Assembly (NCBI GenBank): GCA_029820945.1
Contig: JALGUJ010000010.1
Coordinates: forward strand, 6,782 to 70,781
Direction of reading: 5' to 3'
DNA length: 64,000 nt
DNA from: Candidatus Zipacnadia bacterium
GTDB taxonomy: Bacteria > Armatimonadota > Zipacnadia > Zipacnadales > UBA5352
Part shown: in pieces, positions 44,838-54,352 of the stretch
Layout of the letters: each line of letters begins with the position of its first letter
Numbering within the stretch: the first letter of the stretch is position 1
Notes under the pieces: model-generated
Database searches by the model: none
What the model was told of the DNA's origin: nothing
What the model saw: the letters and a program-made list of their open reading frames with translations, nothing else
Made by a program: the position numbers and the translations under genes

Positions 44838-46478
44838 TCAGTCTTCGACCGGTGCGAAGATCTGCACCGGCTGCGTGCGGTTGCGCACCTCGACCTGCCC
44901 AAACGGCCGCATCTGCGCCATGAGCGCCTCGTCGGCGCGCACGGTCTCCCAGTCCGCGATGATCGGGCAAGCGCGCTCCCGGCACTCGCTCTGCAGCCGG
45001 AAGGCCACGTTGACGGGATCGCCGAGGATCTGCGGCTCGGGCGGGCTCTCCCCGACCCACCCCAGCGACACCTCGCCGGTGGTCAGGGTGATGCCGAAGC
45101 CGATCTCTTCCTCCGGCCAGCGCTCGTCGAGGCGCTCCCGCAGCTCGCGGGCGGCGGCGACGGCCCTGGCCGCGTGATGCGGCCGGCCCTCCTCCGGGCG
45201 GAAGAAGACCAGGGCGGCATCGCCGGGGCGCCGGGCCGACGCCCCGCCGAGGGGCTCGACGACGGCGTCCACGATAGCGAAGAACTCACGCATCATCTGC
45301 ATCATCTCGGTCGGGCTGCTTTGCTCCGACCTTGCCGTGTACCCCGCCATGTCGCAGACCAGCACCGTGACCTCGAGCTGCTCGCCCTCCTCGCTGACCC
45401 ATGCGGGCCAGATGCGCGCCAGCGAGGTGAGCGCGGTCTCGCTCTGCAGCGCCGACACCAGCACGCCCGTGCCCAGAATGCCGAGGCCGGCGCCGGTGAG
45501 CGGCAGCATGATCAGCGAGCGGCTGAAGGCCAGCGCGCCGGCGCCGAACCAGGCGGCCGCCAGCAGCGCGGACAGTCCCCACGTCCACCAGTGCCGCCGA
45601 CCCCTGCCCACCAGAGCGATGGCCAGGCAGGCCGGCAGCGCGGCCAGCAGCCCGACGACCAGAGGCGCCTCGCGCACGTAGAGCCCCGAGAGCATCGTCG
45701 CGGCGGCCTGCGCGTGGATCTCGATCCCGCTCATGGGGCCCATCGGCGTGGAGAAGAGGTCCTTGACCTCGTCGGTGACGCCGATGAACACGAAGCGGCC
45801 CCGGATCTTCGGCGGCAGCGAGGGATCGGGAGGCCGTGCGTGCACGTCTTCGAACTTCACCTGCGCGACCGTGCCGGCCGGACCGGCCCAGTTGATCATC
45901 ACGCGAGCCGGCACCGCCCCGACGTCGTCGTGCAGCACGGACCTGGCGATCGCCTGGTAGGCCATCGAGCCATCCGCGTCCTGCTGCGTCGTCTGCACCC
46001 AGCGGACGACGTTGTCGGGGCGAAACAGCAAGGGGGAGGCCACCTCTCGCGCCGCGGACGCGATCGGCTCGGCTGGGGCCAGGAACTCGCATCGCTCGCC
46101 GGCGCGGCCGGCCAACTCGGTGTCGGCGCCGGCCACGATGGTCACGTTGCCCGCCACGGACAACGCCTCGGCGAGCCGGGCGTCAGTCTCGGCGTCGGAC
46201 TCACCAGCGAAGAAGACATCCACGCCGATGCTGCGTGCGCCCCACTCGTCCAGGTGCCGGATGACCGGGACGTACTCCCTGCGCTGGAGCGCGGCCGGGC
46301 CCCAGCGGTCGAGCTTCTGCACCGTGGCAGCCTCGATGGCAATGATGACGAAGTCATCCACCGGCGGGGAGGGATGGGCGAGATTCAGGCGCCAGTCCAC
46401 CGTGCGCAGCTCGAACGCGCGGAGGAATCCCAGGCGGCCGGCGGCCAGCACGCAGAGAATCGCGACGGAGATCCCCAC
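44838..46478 (-). CDS. CHASE2 sensor domain-containing adenylate/guanylate cyclase
   Basis: An N-terminal TM segment and a periplasmic CHASE2-like region (IIAIEAATV..., VFIGVTD..D.F.TP), then 3 TM segments. The C-terminal class III cyclase domain has VLVCDMAGYT and GDPVNVAFRLQ. Confidence 0.85.
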   Translation of the reverse strand: MGISVAILCVLAAGRLGFLRAFELRTVDWRLNLAHPSPPVDDFVIIAIEAATVQKLDRWGPAALQRREYVPVIRHLDEWGARSIGVDVFFAGESDAETDARLAEALSVAGNVTIVAGADTELAGRAGERCEFLAPAEPIASAAREVASPLLFRPDNVVRWVQTTQQDADGSMAYQAIARSVLHDDVGAVPARVMINWAGPAGTVAQVKFEDVHARPPDPSLPPKIRGRFVFIGVTDEVKDLFSTPMGPMSGIEIHAQAAATMLSGLYVREAPLVVGLLAALPACLAIALVGRGRRHWWTWGLSALLAAAWFGAGALAFSRSLIMLPLTGAGLGILGTGVLVSALQSETALTSLARIWPAWVSEEGEQLEVTVLVCDMAGYTARSEQSSPTEMMQMMREFFAIVDAVVEPLGGASARRPGDAALVFFRPEEGRPHHAARAVAAARELRERLDERWPEEEIGFGITLTTGEVSLGWVGESPPEPQILGDPVNVAFRLQSECRERACPIIADWETVRADEALMAQMRPFGQVEVRNRTQPVQIFAPVED

Positions 46479-46539
46479 GGCGATGGCGGGCCGGCTGCTG
46501 AGTCGAGTCGTGGGGGCAGCGATGGCCGGTCAGTCCTCG

Positions 46540-48039
46540 TTAGCGGTTGTCCGAGCGGGTGCGGGGCCAGCGCCGGAAGGGATGCTGCGGCTGCCTCCCC
46601 GGACGCTCCTGGGGCTTCACCTGCGGTTGCGCGGGGGCCGCGGTCGCTGCCTCGGGCCGGGGAGGGCGCAGGTGAGTCTGCGCCCCCGAGCCCTTGAACT
46701 TCACCATCAGCACCCGGTCGCCAAGGGAAAGCAGCTCGAGCGCGTCGCCCGCCTTCTGCTTGAGGCCGCGCGCGATCTCGTCGCGGCCGCGCTCGGTCAC
46801 CACCGCCAGCGCCGGATCGCGGCCGGGCCGGTGCAGCAGCGCAGCGCGCAGCACGCCGTCCATCTCCGCTATGAACCTGCGCAGCTCCGCGACCTGGGCG
46901 CGGGTCGCGTTGCTGATCTCGATCCGCACCAGGCCGCTGTGCTCCTCAAGCAGCGCGTGGATGACGCGCGGGGCCAGGCCCTTGCCCGCGCGCAGCCCCA
47001 GCGAGGCCAGCGCCGCGTTCACGGCCTCCTGCTCGTCCAGCCCCACGCCAGGCACGACCGTCTCTATCGACGTCAGCGGGCTGCTCTCGCCGTCGCGAAC
47101 CAGCTTCACCTCGCCGCGAACGCGGGCGGAGAACAGGTCGTGCCGGCCGTCGAGCTGCTTGACCTGCTGGAGGGTGACGTCGCCGATGACGCAGTAGTCG
47201 GTGTGGGGCGGCCTCCTCCAGTTGACCGTCCCATCGGCGTTGAAGCTGAAGTCTGAGGCATCCGCGTCAGCGATCGACGTGCTGTGCAGTCCGTGGAGCG
47301 CGAGCTGCCGGCCCACCGCCTTGGAGGCCAGGAAGACGCCCTCCTGGGGCATCTGGTGCTCGCGCAGCGCGACGATGATCGATGGGTCGCCGAGATGCCG
47401 CACGATGTCCCGGTGCCGGTTGTACATGACCCATGTGGCCTCGTCGTCGCCGGAGAGGTTGAACTTGTCCACGACGGCCCGCAGGTCGCGCGGGACGCGG
47501 CAGCGCTCGTTCTGCGCCACCCGGTAGTGGTCCTCGCCCGCCTCGACCTCGACGCCGCCCTCGTAGACATAGGTCTCGGAGTTGCCGTCGTCATCGACGG
47601 TGCAGCGGAAGACGGTACCCTTCACGGAGGCAACGGCACTCGGCATGCGCACCTCGAACTTGCTCGAGCCCCCCAGGGCGCGCTCGATGGTGACCCAGAT
47701 GCCCCCCACTATGGTCTGGAAGCTGGTGGTTCCGGAGGCATCCAGCGCCGTGATGAGGATCTGCGAGTTCTCGTCCATGCGCACGTACCCGCCCTCGCCG
47801 ACGGAGAGTTCCGCGCGCGACGAGGCGCCGGTCTTCACCGCATCGTTGGGCGAGAGCACCTCGTTGAGCTTGGCGGGATGGTAGCCGCCGACGCCGTGGC
47901 GCACCTGCACGTCCCCGTACATGGAGCTGAGCACGGCCTGGTTGGTGGCGATCTGGCCCCGCTGCGCCAACGCCACGCTCGCGAGCAGAGCGGCGGCGAT
48001 GATGGCGACAGCCCCGAGACGCGATGCGGCCATGGTCAT
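46540..48039 (-). CDS. FecR-domain protein with a long C-terminal extension, secreted
   Basis: Signal peptide [26 protein letters not shown]. The FecR-like beta-rich region has G.V.V.....Y.PA..N..L...D.VKTG..SRAEL and [12 protein letters not shown] 48039. The rest of the 663-aa track ORF is an upstream extension. Confidence 0.7.
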   Translation of the reverse strand: MTMAASRLGAVAIIAAALLASVALAQRGQIATNQAVLSSMYGDVQVRHGVGGYHPAKLNEVLSPNDAVKTGASSRAELSVGEGGYVRMDENSQILITALDASGTTSFQTIVGGIWVTIERALGGSSKFEVRMPSAVASVKGTVFRCTVDDDGNSETYVYEGGVEVEAGEDHYRVAQNERCRVPRDLRAVVDKFNLSGDDEATWVMYNRHRDIVRHLGDPSIIVALREHQMPQEGVFLASKAVGRQLALHGLHSTSIADADASDFSFNADGTVNWRRPPHTDYCVIGDVTLQQVKQLDGRHDLFSARVRGEVKLVRDGESSPLTSIETVVPGVGLDEQEAVNAALASLGLRAGKGLAPRVIHALLEEHSGLVRIEISNATRAQVAELRRFIAEMDGVLRAALLHRPGRDPALAVVTERGRDEIARGLKQKAGDALELLSLGDRVLMVKFKGSGAQTHLRPPRPEAATAAPAQPQVKPQERPGRQPQHPFRRWPRTRSDNR

Positions 48040-48283
48040 TGCCCTCCCCGGCGTCGGTCTCAACGCTACCGACATCATACCACACTGTCGGGAGGATGCG
48101 GCAACGATTTCGGTGCAACAGACGCGCGCGCACGCGCCGATGTTCGCACACCGCTTCGCTTCAGTTGTGGGGAGTGGGTGGCCGAGCGCGACCGCCTGGA
48201 GCGCCGATTCGACGAGCTGTCCGAGACCCTCGCCGCGGGATAACACACGCGCCTGCACAGCCCTCACAGGCCCGGTAGCGCGT

Positions 48284-48312
48284 TTGCCGGGCCTGCGGCC
48301 ATCATGTATAAT
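48284..48312 (+). promoter_or_regulatory. sigma70-like promoter TTGCCG-17nt-TATAAT upstream of leuC
   Basis: TTGCCG at 48284-48289, a 17-nt spacer, and a perfect TATAAT at 48307-48312, about 83 nt before the ATG. Confidence 0.6.
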
Positions 48313-48394
48313 GCCCCGCACGCCGGGGTGGCGGATGCTGTCCCGCCGCCGGGCGCCGACCATCCCCTGCAGCGACCGACACCGAGGTGACGCA

Positions 48395-49648
48395 ATGACC
48401 ATCACGGAGAAGCTGCTGGCCCGCGCGGCGGGCCGCGATGAGGTCAGAGCCGGCGAGTTCGTGACCTGCAGCCTCGACCTGGTGCTGGCGAATGACATCA
48501 CGGCGCCCATCGCCATCGACGAGTTCCGCAATATGGGCGCCGAGCGGGTCTTCGACCCCGCCAGGATCGCGCTGGTGTGCGATCACGCGACTCCGAACGT
48601 GGACATCAAGGCCGCAACGCAGACCAAGAAGGTCCGCGACTTCGCTCACGAGATGGGTGTGAGCAACTACTGGGAGGCCGACCAGGGCGGGATCGAGCAC
48701 ATCATCCTACCCGACAAGGGCCTGGTGATCCCCGGTGACGTGGTCATCGGCGCGGACTCGCACACCTGCACCTACGGCGCCCTGGGCGCCTTCGCGACCG
48801 GCGTTGGTTCGACCGACGCCGCCGCCGGCATGGCGACCGGCGAGTGCTGGTTCCGCGTGCCGGAGACCGTCGAGGTGATCTACTCCGGCGAGCCGGGGCC
48901 GTGGGTGTCGGGGAAGGACCTGATCCTGCGCCTGATCGGGGAGATCGGCGTGGCCGGCGCGCGCTACCGCGCGCTGGAGTTCAGGGGCGAGGTCATCGAC
49001 GGCCTGCCCATGTCCGGACGCTTCACCATCTGCAACATGGCCATCGAGGCCGGCGCCAAGAACGGGATCATCGCGCCCGACGCGACCACGCTCCAGTGGG
49101 TCGAGGGCCGCTCCAACCGGGAGCCGGTCGCGCTCGCGAGTGACGGCGACGCGGAGTACGCGCGCAGCATCGAAATCGACTGCGCCGGGCTGGAGCCCCA
49201 GGTGGCATTCCCCCACCTTCCGGAGAACACGCGCGGCATCTCCGAGGTCGGCGAGGTGCCGATCGACCAGGCGGTCATCGGCGCGTGCACCAACGGCCGG
49301 CTGGAGGACCTGCGCGAGGCCGCGAAGGTGCTCGAGGGCCGGCACGTGGCCGAGGGCGTGCGCTGCATCGTGATCCCCGGCAGCCACGCCATCCACCTGG
49401 AGGCAACGCGGGAGGGGCTGGTCGAGCTGTTCCTGGAGGCCGGATGCCTGGTCTCGACGCCCACCTGCGGGCCGTGCCTGGGGCTGCACATGGGGGTGCT
49501 GGCCGAGGGAGAGCGGGCCATCGCGACCACGAACCGCAACTTCGTCGGCCGCATGGGCCATCCCGACAGCGAGGTCTACCTCGCGAACCCGGCGGTGGCG
49601 GCCGCGAGCGCGGTGGCCGGCAAGATCGCGGGGCCGGAGGACGTGTGA
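48395..49648 (+). CDS. leuC: 3-isopropylmalate dehydratase large subunit (aconitase-family, short archaeal-type LeuC/HacA)
   Basis: 417 aa. Motifs [30 protein letters not shown] and the Fe-S ligands CTNGR...CGPCLG. It could instead be a homoaconitase- or methylmalate-type paralog. Confidence 0.8.
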   Translation: MTITEKLLARAAGRDEVRAGEFVTCSLDLVLANDITAPIAIDEFRNMGAERVFDPARIALVCDHATPNVDIKAATQTKKVRDFAHEMGVSNYWEADQGGIEHIILPDKGLVIPGDVVIGADSHTCTYGALGAFATGVGSTDAAAGMATGECWFRVPETVEVIYSGEPGPWVSGKDLILRLIGEIGVAGARYRALEFRGEVIDGLPMSGRFTICNMAIEAGAKNGIIAPDATTLQWVEGRSNREPVALASDGDAEYARSIEIDCAGLEPQVAFPHLPENTRGISEVGEVPIDQAVIGACTNGRLEDLREAAKVLEGRHVAEGVRCIVIPGSHAIHLEATREGLVELFLEAGCLVSTPTCGPCLGLHMGVLAEGERAIATTNRNFVGRMGHPDSEVYLANPAVAAASAVAGKIAGPEDV

Positions 49649-49753
49649 ACGCCTGTTCTGTGGTGCGCACGCCCTCGTGCGCACACTCTCGAACGGCGTG
49701 CGGGCGAGGCCGCCCGCACTACGGTGGACGATCTGCTTGCACGAGGTGCGGAT

Positions 49754-50251
49754 ATGAAGGCGACCGGGAAGGTCCACAAGTACGGCGACCACATCGACAC
49801 CGACGCGATCATCGCTGCGCGGTACCTGACCACCTCGGACCCCGACGAGCTGGCCGGGCATTGCATGCAGGACATCGACCCTGAGTTCGTGGAGCGCGTC
49901 GAGCCGGGCGACGCCATCGTCGCGGGCGAGAACTTCGGCTGCGGCAGCTCGCGCGAGCACGCGCCGATCGCCATCAAGGCCGCGGGCGTCAGTGCGGTGA
50001 TCGCCGCCAGCTTCGCGCGCATCTTCTACCGCAACGCGCTCAACATCGGCCTGCCGATCATCGAGAGCCCGGAGGCGGCGGCCGCAATCGACGCCGGCGA
50101 CGAGATCACGGTGGACACCGACGCGGGGACGATCATCGATCACACCACGGGCGAGGAGTTCAGCTTCGCGCCGCTGGCCGACGTGGCCGCGGACCTCGTA
50201 GCTGCGGGCGGGCTGGTGCCGATGGTCAGGGAGAAGCTCGGGACGGCATAG
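49754..50251 (+). CDS. leuD: 3-isopropylmalate dehydratase small subunit (LeuD/HacB type)
   Basis: Motifs GDHIDTDAIIAARYL, GENFGCGSSREHAP and FARIFYRNA. Confidence 0.8.
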   Translation: MKATGKVHKYGDHIDTDAIIAARYLTTSDPDELAGHCMQDIDPEFVERVEPGDAIVAGENFGCGSSREHAPIAIKAAGVSAVIAASFARIFYRNALNIGLPIIESPEAAAAIDAGDEITVDTDAGTIIDHTTGEEFSFAPLADVAADLVAAGGLVPMVREKLGTA

Positions 50252-50376
50252 ACTGAACGACCGACGGGCGAGGCGCCCGTCGCACGGAACGGCAGACGGC
50301 AACGACAACGGCACAGGCCTCAGCGGAGTCCGGCCTCTCGGAAACGGCGGGGCAACGACGCGCACACAGACATCTT

Positions 50377-51732
50377 ATGCCAACACCCATCGTCGCCATA
50401 GTCGGGCGGACGAACGTGGGAAAATCCACGCTCTTCAACCGCCTCGTCGGCCACCAGCTCGCGGTGGTCGATGACTTCCCCGGCGTCACGCGCGATCGCC
50501 TGTACGCGGAGGTCGGCATCGGCGGGCGAGCCGCAATCCTGGTGGACACCGGCGGGCTGGTCGGCGCCGAGAGCGATGAGCTGATCACGCAGGTCTCCGA
50601 GCAGGCGGCCGCGGCCCTCCAGGAGGCGGATGCCCTCGTCGTGCTCGTTGACGGCCTCGAAGGCGTTACCCCGGCCGATCACCAGGTGGCGGATGTCGTG
50701 CGCAGGACCGGGAAGCCCATGGTGCTGGCGGTCAACAAGCTCGAGAACACCGCCGACCCGGTGCACGACTTCTGGGAGCTGGCGCTGGGCAGGCCGCTTC
50801 GCGTCTCGGCGCGCACCGGCTACGGCCTGCAGAGCCTGGCGGAGGCCATCTCCGAGGCGCTGCCGGAGCAGGTCGAGCCGGTCGAGCGTCCCGAGGACGA
50901 GATCGCCATCGCGCTCGTGGGCCGCCCGAACGTCGGCAAGTCGGCGATGCTCAATACCATGCTGGGCGAGGAGCGGGTGATCGTCAGCGAAGAGCCGGGC
51001 ACCACGCGCGATGCCGTGGACATCGCGGTGGACTTCGACGGCATACCGCTGCGGCTGATCGACACCGCCGGCTTGCGGCGCAGCTCGCGGACGGCAGAGG
51101 GCACGGAGTACTACTCGAGCCTGCGAACCCTTCGGGCGCTGCATCGCGCGCGCGTGGGGGTGGTGGTCCTCGACGCGGCGGAGGGCATCACCCGCCAGGA
51201 CGAGCGGATCGCCGGGGAGATCGAGAAGGCGGGCCGCGGCATCGTCATCGCCGCGAACAAGTGGGACATCGTCCAGGACATGATGGCGCCGCCCGAGGAC
51301 GCCACCGAGGGCCACAGGCGCCGCGCCGAGCGGACCCACCGCGGCGACTTCGAGCGGATCCTCCGCTACCACCTGCCCTTCCTGGAGTATGCGCCTCTCG
51401 TCTTCACCTCGGCCATCACCGGGGAGGGCCTGCGGGAGCTGCTGGACACCGCGGTGGACGTGGCCGAGCAGTTCGGGCGGCGCATCGGCACCTCCGACGT
51501 GAATAAGGTCGTGCAGGGCGCGATGCTTCGCCATCAGGCCCCGCTTCGCGGGTCGCGGGCCCTTAAGGTATACTATGCGACGCAGGTGGGGACGCGCCCA
51601 CCGACCTTCGTGCTGAAGGTCAACGATCCGGACCTGTGCCACTTCTCGTACGAACGGTACCTCTGCAACCAACTCCGAAAGGCGTTCGGCCTGGAGGGCA
51701 CTCCGGTCCGCGTGAAGCTGGAGCAGCGATGA
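50377..51732 (+). CDS. der: ribosome-biogenesis GTPase Der (EngA), double GTPase domain
   Basis: Two G domains (GRTNVGKST ... DTGG ... NKLE, and GRPNVGKSA ... DTAG ... NKWD) followed by a KH-like C-terminus. Confidence 0.95.
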   Translation: MPTPIVAIVGRTNVGKSTLFNRLVGHQLAVVDDFPGVTRDRLYAEVGIGGRAAILVDTGGLVGAESDELITQVSEQAAAALQEADALVVLVDGLEGVTPADHQVADVVRRTGKPMVLAVNKLENTADPVHDFWELALGRPLRVSARTGYGLQSLAEAISEALPEQVEPVERPEDEIAIALVGRPNVGKSAMLNTMLGEERVIVSEEPGTTRDAVDIAVDFDGIPLRLIDTAGLRRSSRTAEGTEYYSSLRTLRALHRARVGVVVLDAAEGITRQDERIAGEIEKAGRGIVIAANKWDIVQDMMAPPEDATEGHRRRAERTHRGDFERILRYHLPFLEYAPLVFTSAITGEGLRELLDTAVDVAEQFGRRIGTSDVNKVVQGAMLRHQAPLRGSRALKVYYATQVGTRPPTFVLKVNDPDLCHFSYERYLCNQLRKAFGLEGTPVRVKLEQR

Positions 51733-51748
51733 GCCGAGGTGAACGGCC

Positions 51749-52390
51749 GTGACCACAGCGCAGGGCCTGGCACTCGCGGCGGCGTACCTCTTGGGCGCCA
51801 TCCCGGTCGGACTTCTCATCGGCCTGTCCAGGGGCGTTGACGTGCGCACCGTGGGGAGCGGCAACATCGGGGCGACCAACGTCCTGCGGGCGCTGGGGAT
51901 CGGCTTCGGCCTACTGGTCTTCGCTGTGGATGTGCTGAAGGGCGTCGCTGCGGTGCTGCTCTGCCGCTGGGTCGGGCTGGAGGGCTGGCTTCTGGCAATG
52001 GGCGCGTTCTTCGCGGTGCTGGGGCACTCATTCTCGCCCTACCTGGCCTTCAAAGGCGGGAAGGGCGTCGCGACCAGCCTGGGCACGTTTCTGGCACTCG
52101 AGCCCGTGGGGGCGGTTATCGCCTTCGCCGTGTGGTTCGCGATCGTGCTACCGACTCGCTACGTCTCCCTGGGCTCGGTCATCGCCGTGGCCGCGGCCCC
52201 GGTGATCTTCTTCGCGCTCAGGCCCGCCGCCCCGGAGGCGTTGGTGCCGGTGGTCGCGCTGGCTCTGCTGGTCATTGGCCGGCACAACGAGAACATCGAG
52301 CGGCTGCTCAGGGGCGAGGAGAACCGATTCGGACGCAGCCGATCGAGGACGCCACAGCCGGGTGAGGCGACGGACGCGGCGGAGAACTGA
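51749..52390 (+). CDS. plsY: glycerol-3-phosphate acyltransferase PlsY
   Basis: Motifs GSGNIGATNVLR, HSFSPYLAFKGGKGVAT and RHNENIERL. GTG start with SD GAGGTG. Confidence 0.9.
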   Translation: MTTAQGLALAAAYLLGAIPVGLLIGLSRGVDVRTVGSGNIGATNVLRALGIGFGLLVFAVDVLKGVAAVLLCRWVGLEGWLLAMGAFFAVLGHSFSPYLAFKGGKGVATSLGTFLALEPVGAVIAFAVWFAIVLPTRYVSLGSVIAVAAAPVIFFALRPAAPEALVPVVALALLVIGRHNENIERLLRGEENRFGRSRSRTPQPGEATDAAEN

Positions 52391-52646
52391 CACCGGATTG
52401 CGCCCGGCGTTGCCGCCGAGGACGTCTCGGTGCCCGTCGTTCCCCCCGCGGCCGCCTTGACGTGTAGGCCTTTTGCCGCGCCGTTTGGACAGGGGGGGCA
52501 CGCGGGGAACCGGTTAGCGGCTGGCGGCGTGGCGAAGGCCAGGCCTCCCCGACGGATCACGAAGGCCCCGGCGGGCTCGATGACGAACCCCCAGTCATGA
52601 AACTCCCACTCGTCCGCGTGACCCACGACATGAGGGGCATCAGAGA

Positions 52647-53672
52647 ATGAGCGATTGGACCGGCCCCGTCGCCGTCATCGGCGCCGGGGCGTGGGGCACG
52701 ACGCTCTCCCGCATGCTGGCCGAACGTGGCATCCCCGTGCGCCTTTGGGCGGTCAGCCGGGAGCTCGCACTCGAGATCGAGGAGAACCGCGAGAACGTCA
52801 GCTACCTGCCCGGCTTCAAGCTCCCCGACGGAGTACGCATCTCGTCGCAGGGCGAGGCGGTCCTCGACGGGGCCCGTGCCATCATCTGGGTGGTCCCCTC
52901 TCAGTGGCTGCGCGAGGTCGCGCAGGCCCTGGCGCACCTGGTGCCCGCGGACGTGCTGCAGATCTGCGCCACGAAGGGGATCGAGCGCGAGACGGGCATG
53001 CGCATGAGCCAGGTGCTGTCCGAGGAGCTGGGCGGCGGGGACCCGGAGGCGCACCAGGGCACGCTCGTGGCGCTGTCGGGCCCGAACCTGTCGCGGGAGA
53101 TCAACGAAGGGAACCCAGCGCTGAGCGTCGCCGCGTCGGCGAGCGACGAGCGCGCCCGCGAGGCCCAGCGGTTGTTGAGCTCGCCCCTGTTCCGTGTATA
53201 CCGCAATCCCGATATCGTGGGCGTGGAGCTGTGCGGCGCGCTGAAGAACGTGATCGCCATCGCCTCGGGGATGAGCGACGGGCTGGGGTACGGGGCCAAC
53301 GCGCGCGCTGCGCTGATCACTCGGGGTCTCGCCGAGATGCGGCGGTTGGGGGTCGCGCTGGGCGCTCACCCACAGACCTTCGCCGGCATCGCCGGCATGG
53401 GCGACCTCGTGACCACCTGCACCAGCCGGCTGAGCCGGAACTACTCGACGGGCATGAGGCTGGCTCGAGGTGAAAGCCGCGAGCAGATCCAGAGCTCGAT
53501 GCGAGCGGTCGCGGAGGGGATCTGGACGACGCAGGCGGAGGTGGAGCTTGCGGAGGAGATGGGTGTGGAGGTGCCGATCGCGCAGGCCGTGCACTCGGTG
53601 CTGTTCGGGGGGGTGGACGCCGGCGCGGCAGCCATGGCGCTGATGCAGCGCGCGCAGCGGGCGGAGTTCTGA
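52647..53672 (+). CDS. gpsA: NAD(P)H-dependent glycerol-3-phosphate dehydrogenase GpsA
   Basis: Motifs VIGAGAWGT, GALKNVIAIA.G and GDL..TC.S..SRN. Conserved der-plsY-gpsA order. Confidence 0.95.
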   Translation: MSDWTGPVAVIGAGAWGTTLSRMLAERGIPVRLWAVSRELALEIEENRENVSYLPGFKLPDGVRISSQGEAVLDGARAIIWVVPSQWLREVAQALAHLVPADVLQICATKGIERETGMRMSQVLSEELGGGDPEAHQGTLVALSGPNLSREINEGNPALSVAASASDERAREAQRLLSSPLFRVYRNPDIVGVELCGALKNVIAIASGMSDGLGYGANARAALITRGLAEMRRLGVALGAHPQTFAGIAGMGDLVTTCTSRLSRNYSTGMRLARGESREQIQSSMRAVAEGIWTTQAEVELAEEMGVEVPIAQAVHSVLFGGVDAGAAAMALMQRAQRAEF

Positions 53673-53804
53673 GTGGGCCCGCTTCCACCGCCTGCGGTTG
53701 GAGCATGGAATATTAAGAGTCGATGAAGGAATCCGCAGGGGCTTGCTCGCATATGTAGGCTGACGGTGCGCGGCAGTCTCTATCCTTAGTGGGGAGGTGT
53801 CGTG

Positions 53805-54086
53805 ATGGCCGACATGACGAAAACGGACCTCGTGGAGGCGATCGCGGAGGCGGCGGACCTGACCAAGGCGGACGCTGAGAGGGCGCTGGGGGCGTTCCTC
53901 GACACGGTCTCAAAGGCGCTAAGCCGGGGGAAGAGCGTGCAGATCACGGGCTTCGGCACCTTCGAACGCCGCACGAGGGCAGCGCGCAAGGCCCGCAATC
54001 CGCAGACCGGCGAGGAGATCGACCTGCCGGAAACGAGGGTGCCGGCCTTCCGGGCTGGAAAGTCGCTGAAGGATATGGTAAAATAG
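53805..54086 (+). CDS. hup: HU family DNA-binding protein
   Basis: Motifs TKTDLVEAIAE, V.ITGFGTFE.R.R.AR.ARNPQTGE.I..P and F.AGK.LKD. SD GGGGAGG lies 7 nt before ATG 53805. Alternative starts at 53802 and 53814. Confidence 0.9.
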   Translation: MADMTKTDLVEAIAEAADLTKADAERALGAFLDTVSKALSRGKSVQITGFGTFERRTRAARKARNPQTGEEIDLPETRVPAFRAGKSLKDMVK

Positions 54087-54093
54087 CACTGCG

Positions 54094-54115
54094 CAGCCGG
54101 CGTTGGCGCCGGCTG
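54094..54115 (+). terminator. hairpin after hup, immediately before tRNA-Pro
   Basis: CAGCCGGCG-TTGG-CGCCGGCTG. There is no T-tract, so it may be a processing or partial-termination signal. Confidence 0.45.
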
Positions 54116-54124
54116 GCAACCGGT

Positions 54125-54201
54125 CGGGGCGTGGCGCAGTTTGGTAGCGCGTTTGACTGGGGGTCAAAAGGTCGCCGGTTCAAGTCCGGCCGCCCCGACC
54201 A
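54125..54201 (+). tRNA. tRNA-Pro (anticodon GGG), CCA encoded
   Basis: Manual cloverleaf: acceptor CGGGGCG/CGCCCCG, D stem GCGC/GCGC, anticodon stem TTTGA/TCAAA, loop CTGGGGG (U33, GGG, G37), T arm GCCGG-TTCAAGT-CCGGC, 3' end ACCA. Confidence 0.95.
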
Positions 54202-54352
54202 TCACAGGACCTCGTGCCCGGGACCGTGCTCGGCGTGGTCGCGTATGTGATTCGAGCCCGGCGCGGGCGGTCAGTACTTGGATCACAGCGCGCCGCTCCC
54301 TCGCAATCCGAGCTGGGGCGGCCGTTTCCGTACGAACTGGTGGGATTGCCAA

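Noticed and set aside
48170-48243. Short coiled-coil-like reading frame ending [23 protein letters not shown], upstream of leuC.
   Set aside because: There is no plausible start codon or SD except a GTG that would give about 21 aa. It lies in the FecR/leuC divergent promoter region and is part of a longer artefactual ORF (47284-48243).
52159-52626. Minus-strand ORF starting in the plsY-gpsA gap (VTHADEWEFHDWGFVIEPAGAF...).
   Set aside because: Most of it overlaps plsY antisense. Only about 75 codons fall in the 256-nt gap. It has a GTG start without an SD and no recognisable family. The gap itself has no clear promoter or structure that I could defend.
53700-53800. AT-rich patch GGAATATTAAGAGTCGATGAAGGAATCC and possible promoter hexamers upstream of hup.
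   Set aside because: I could not find a -35/-10 pair with acceptable spacing and sequence; the best candidate was CTGACG-15-TATCCT. It is too ambiguous to annotate.
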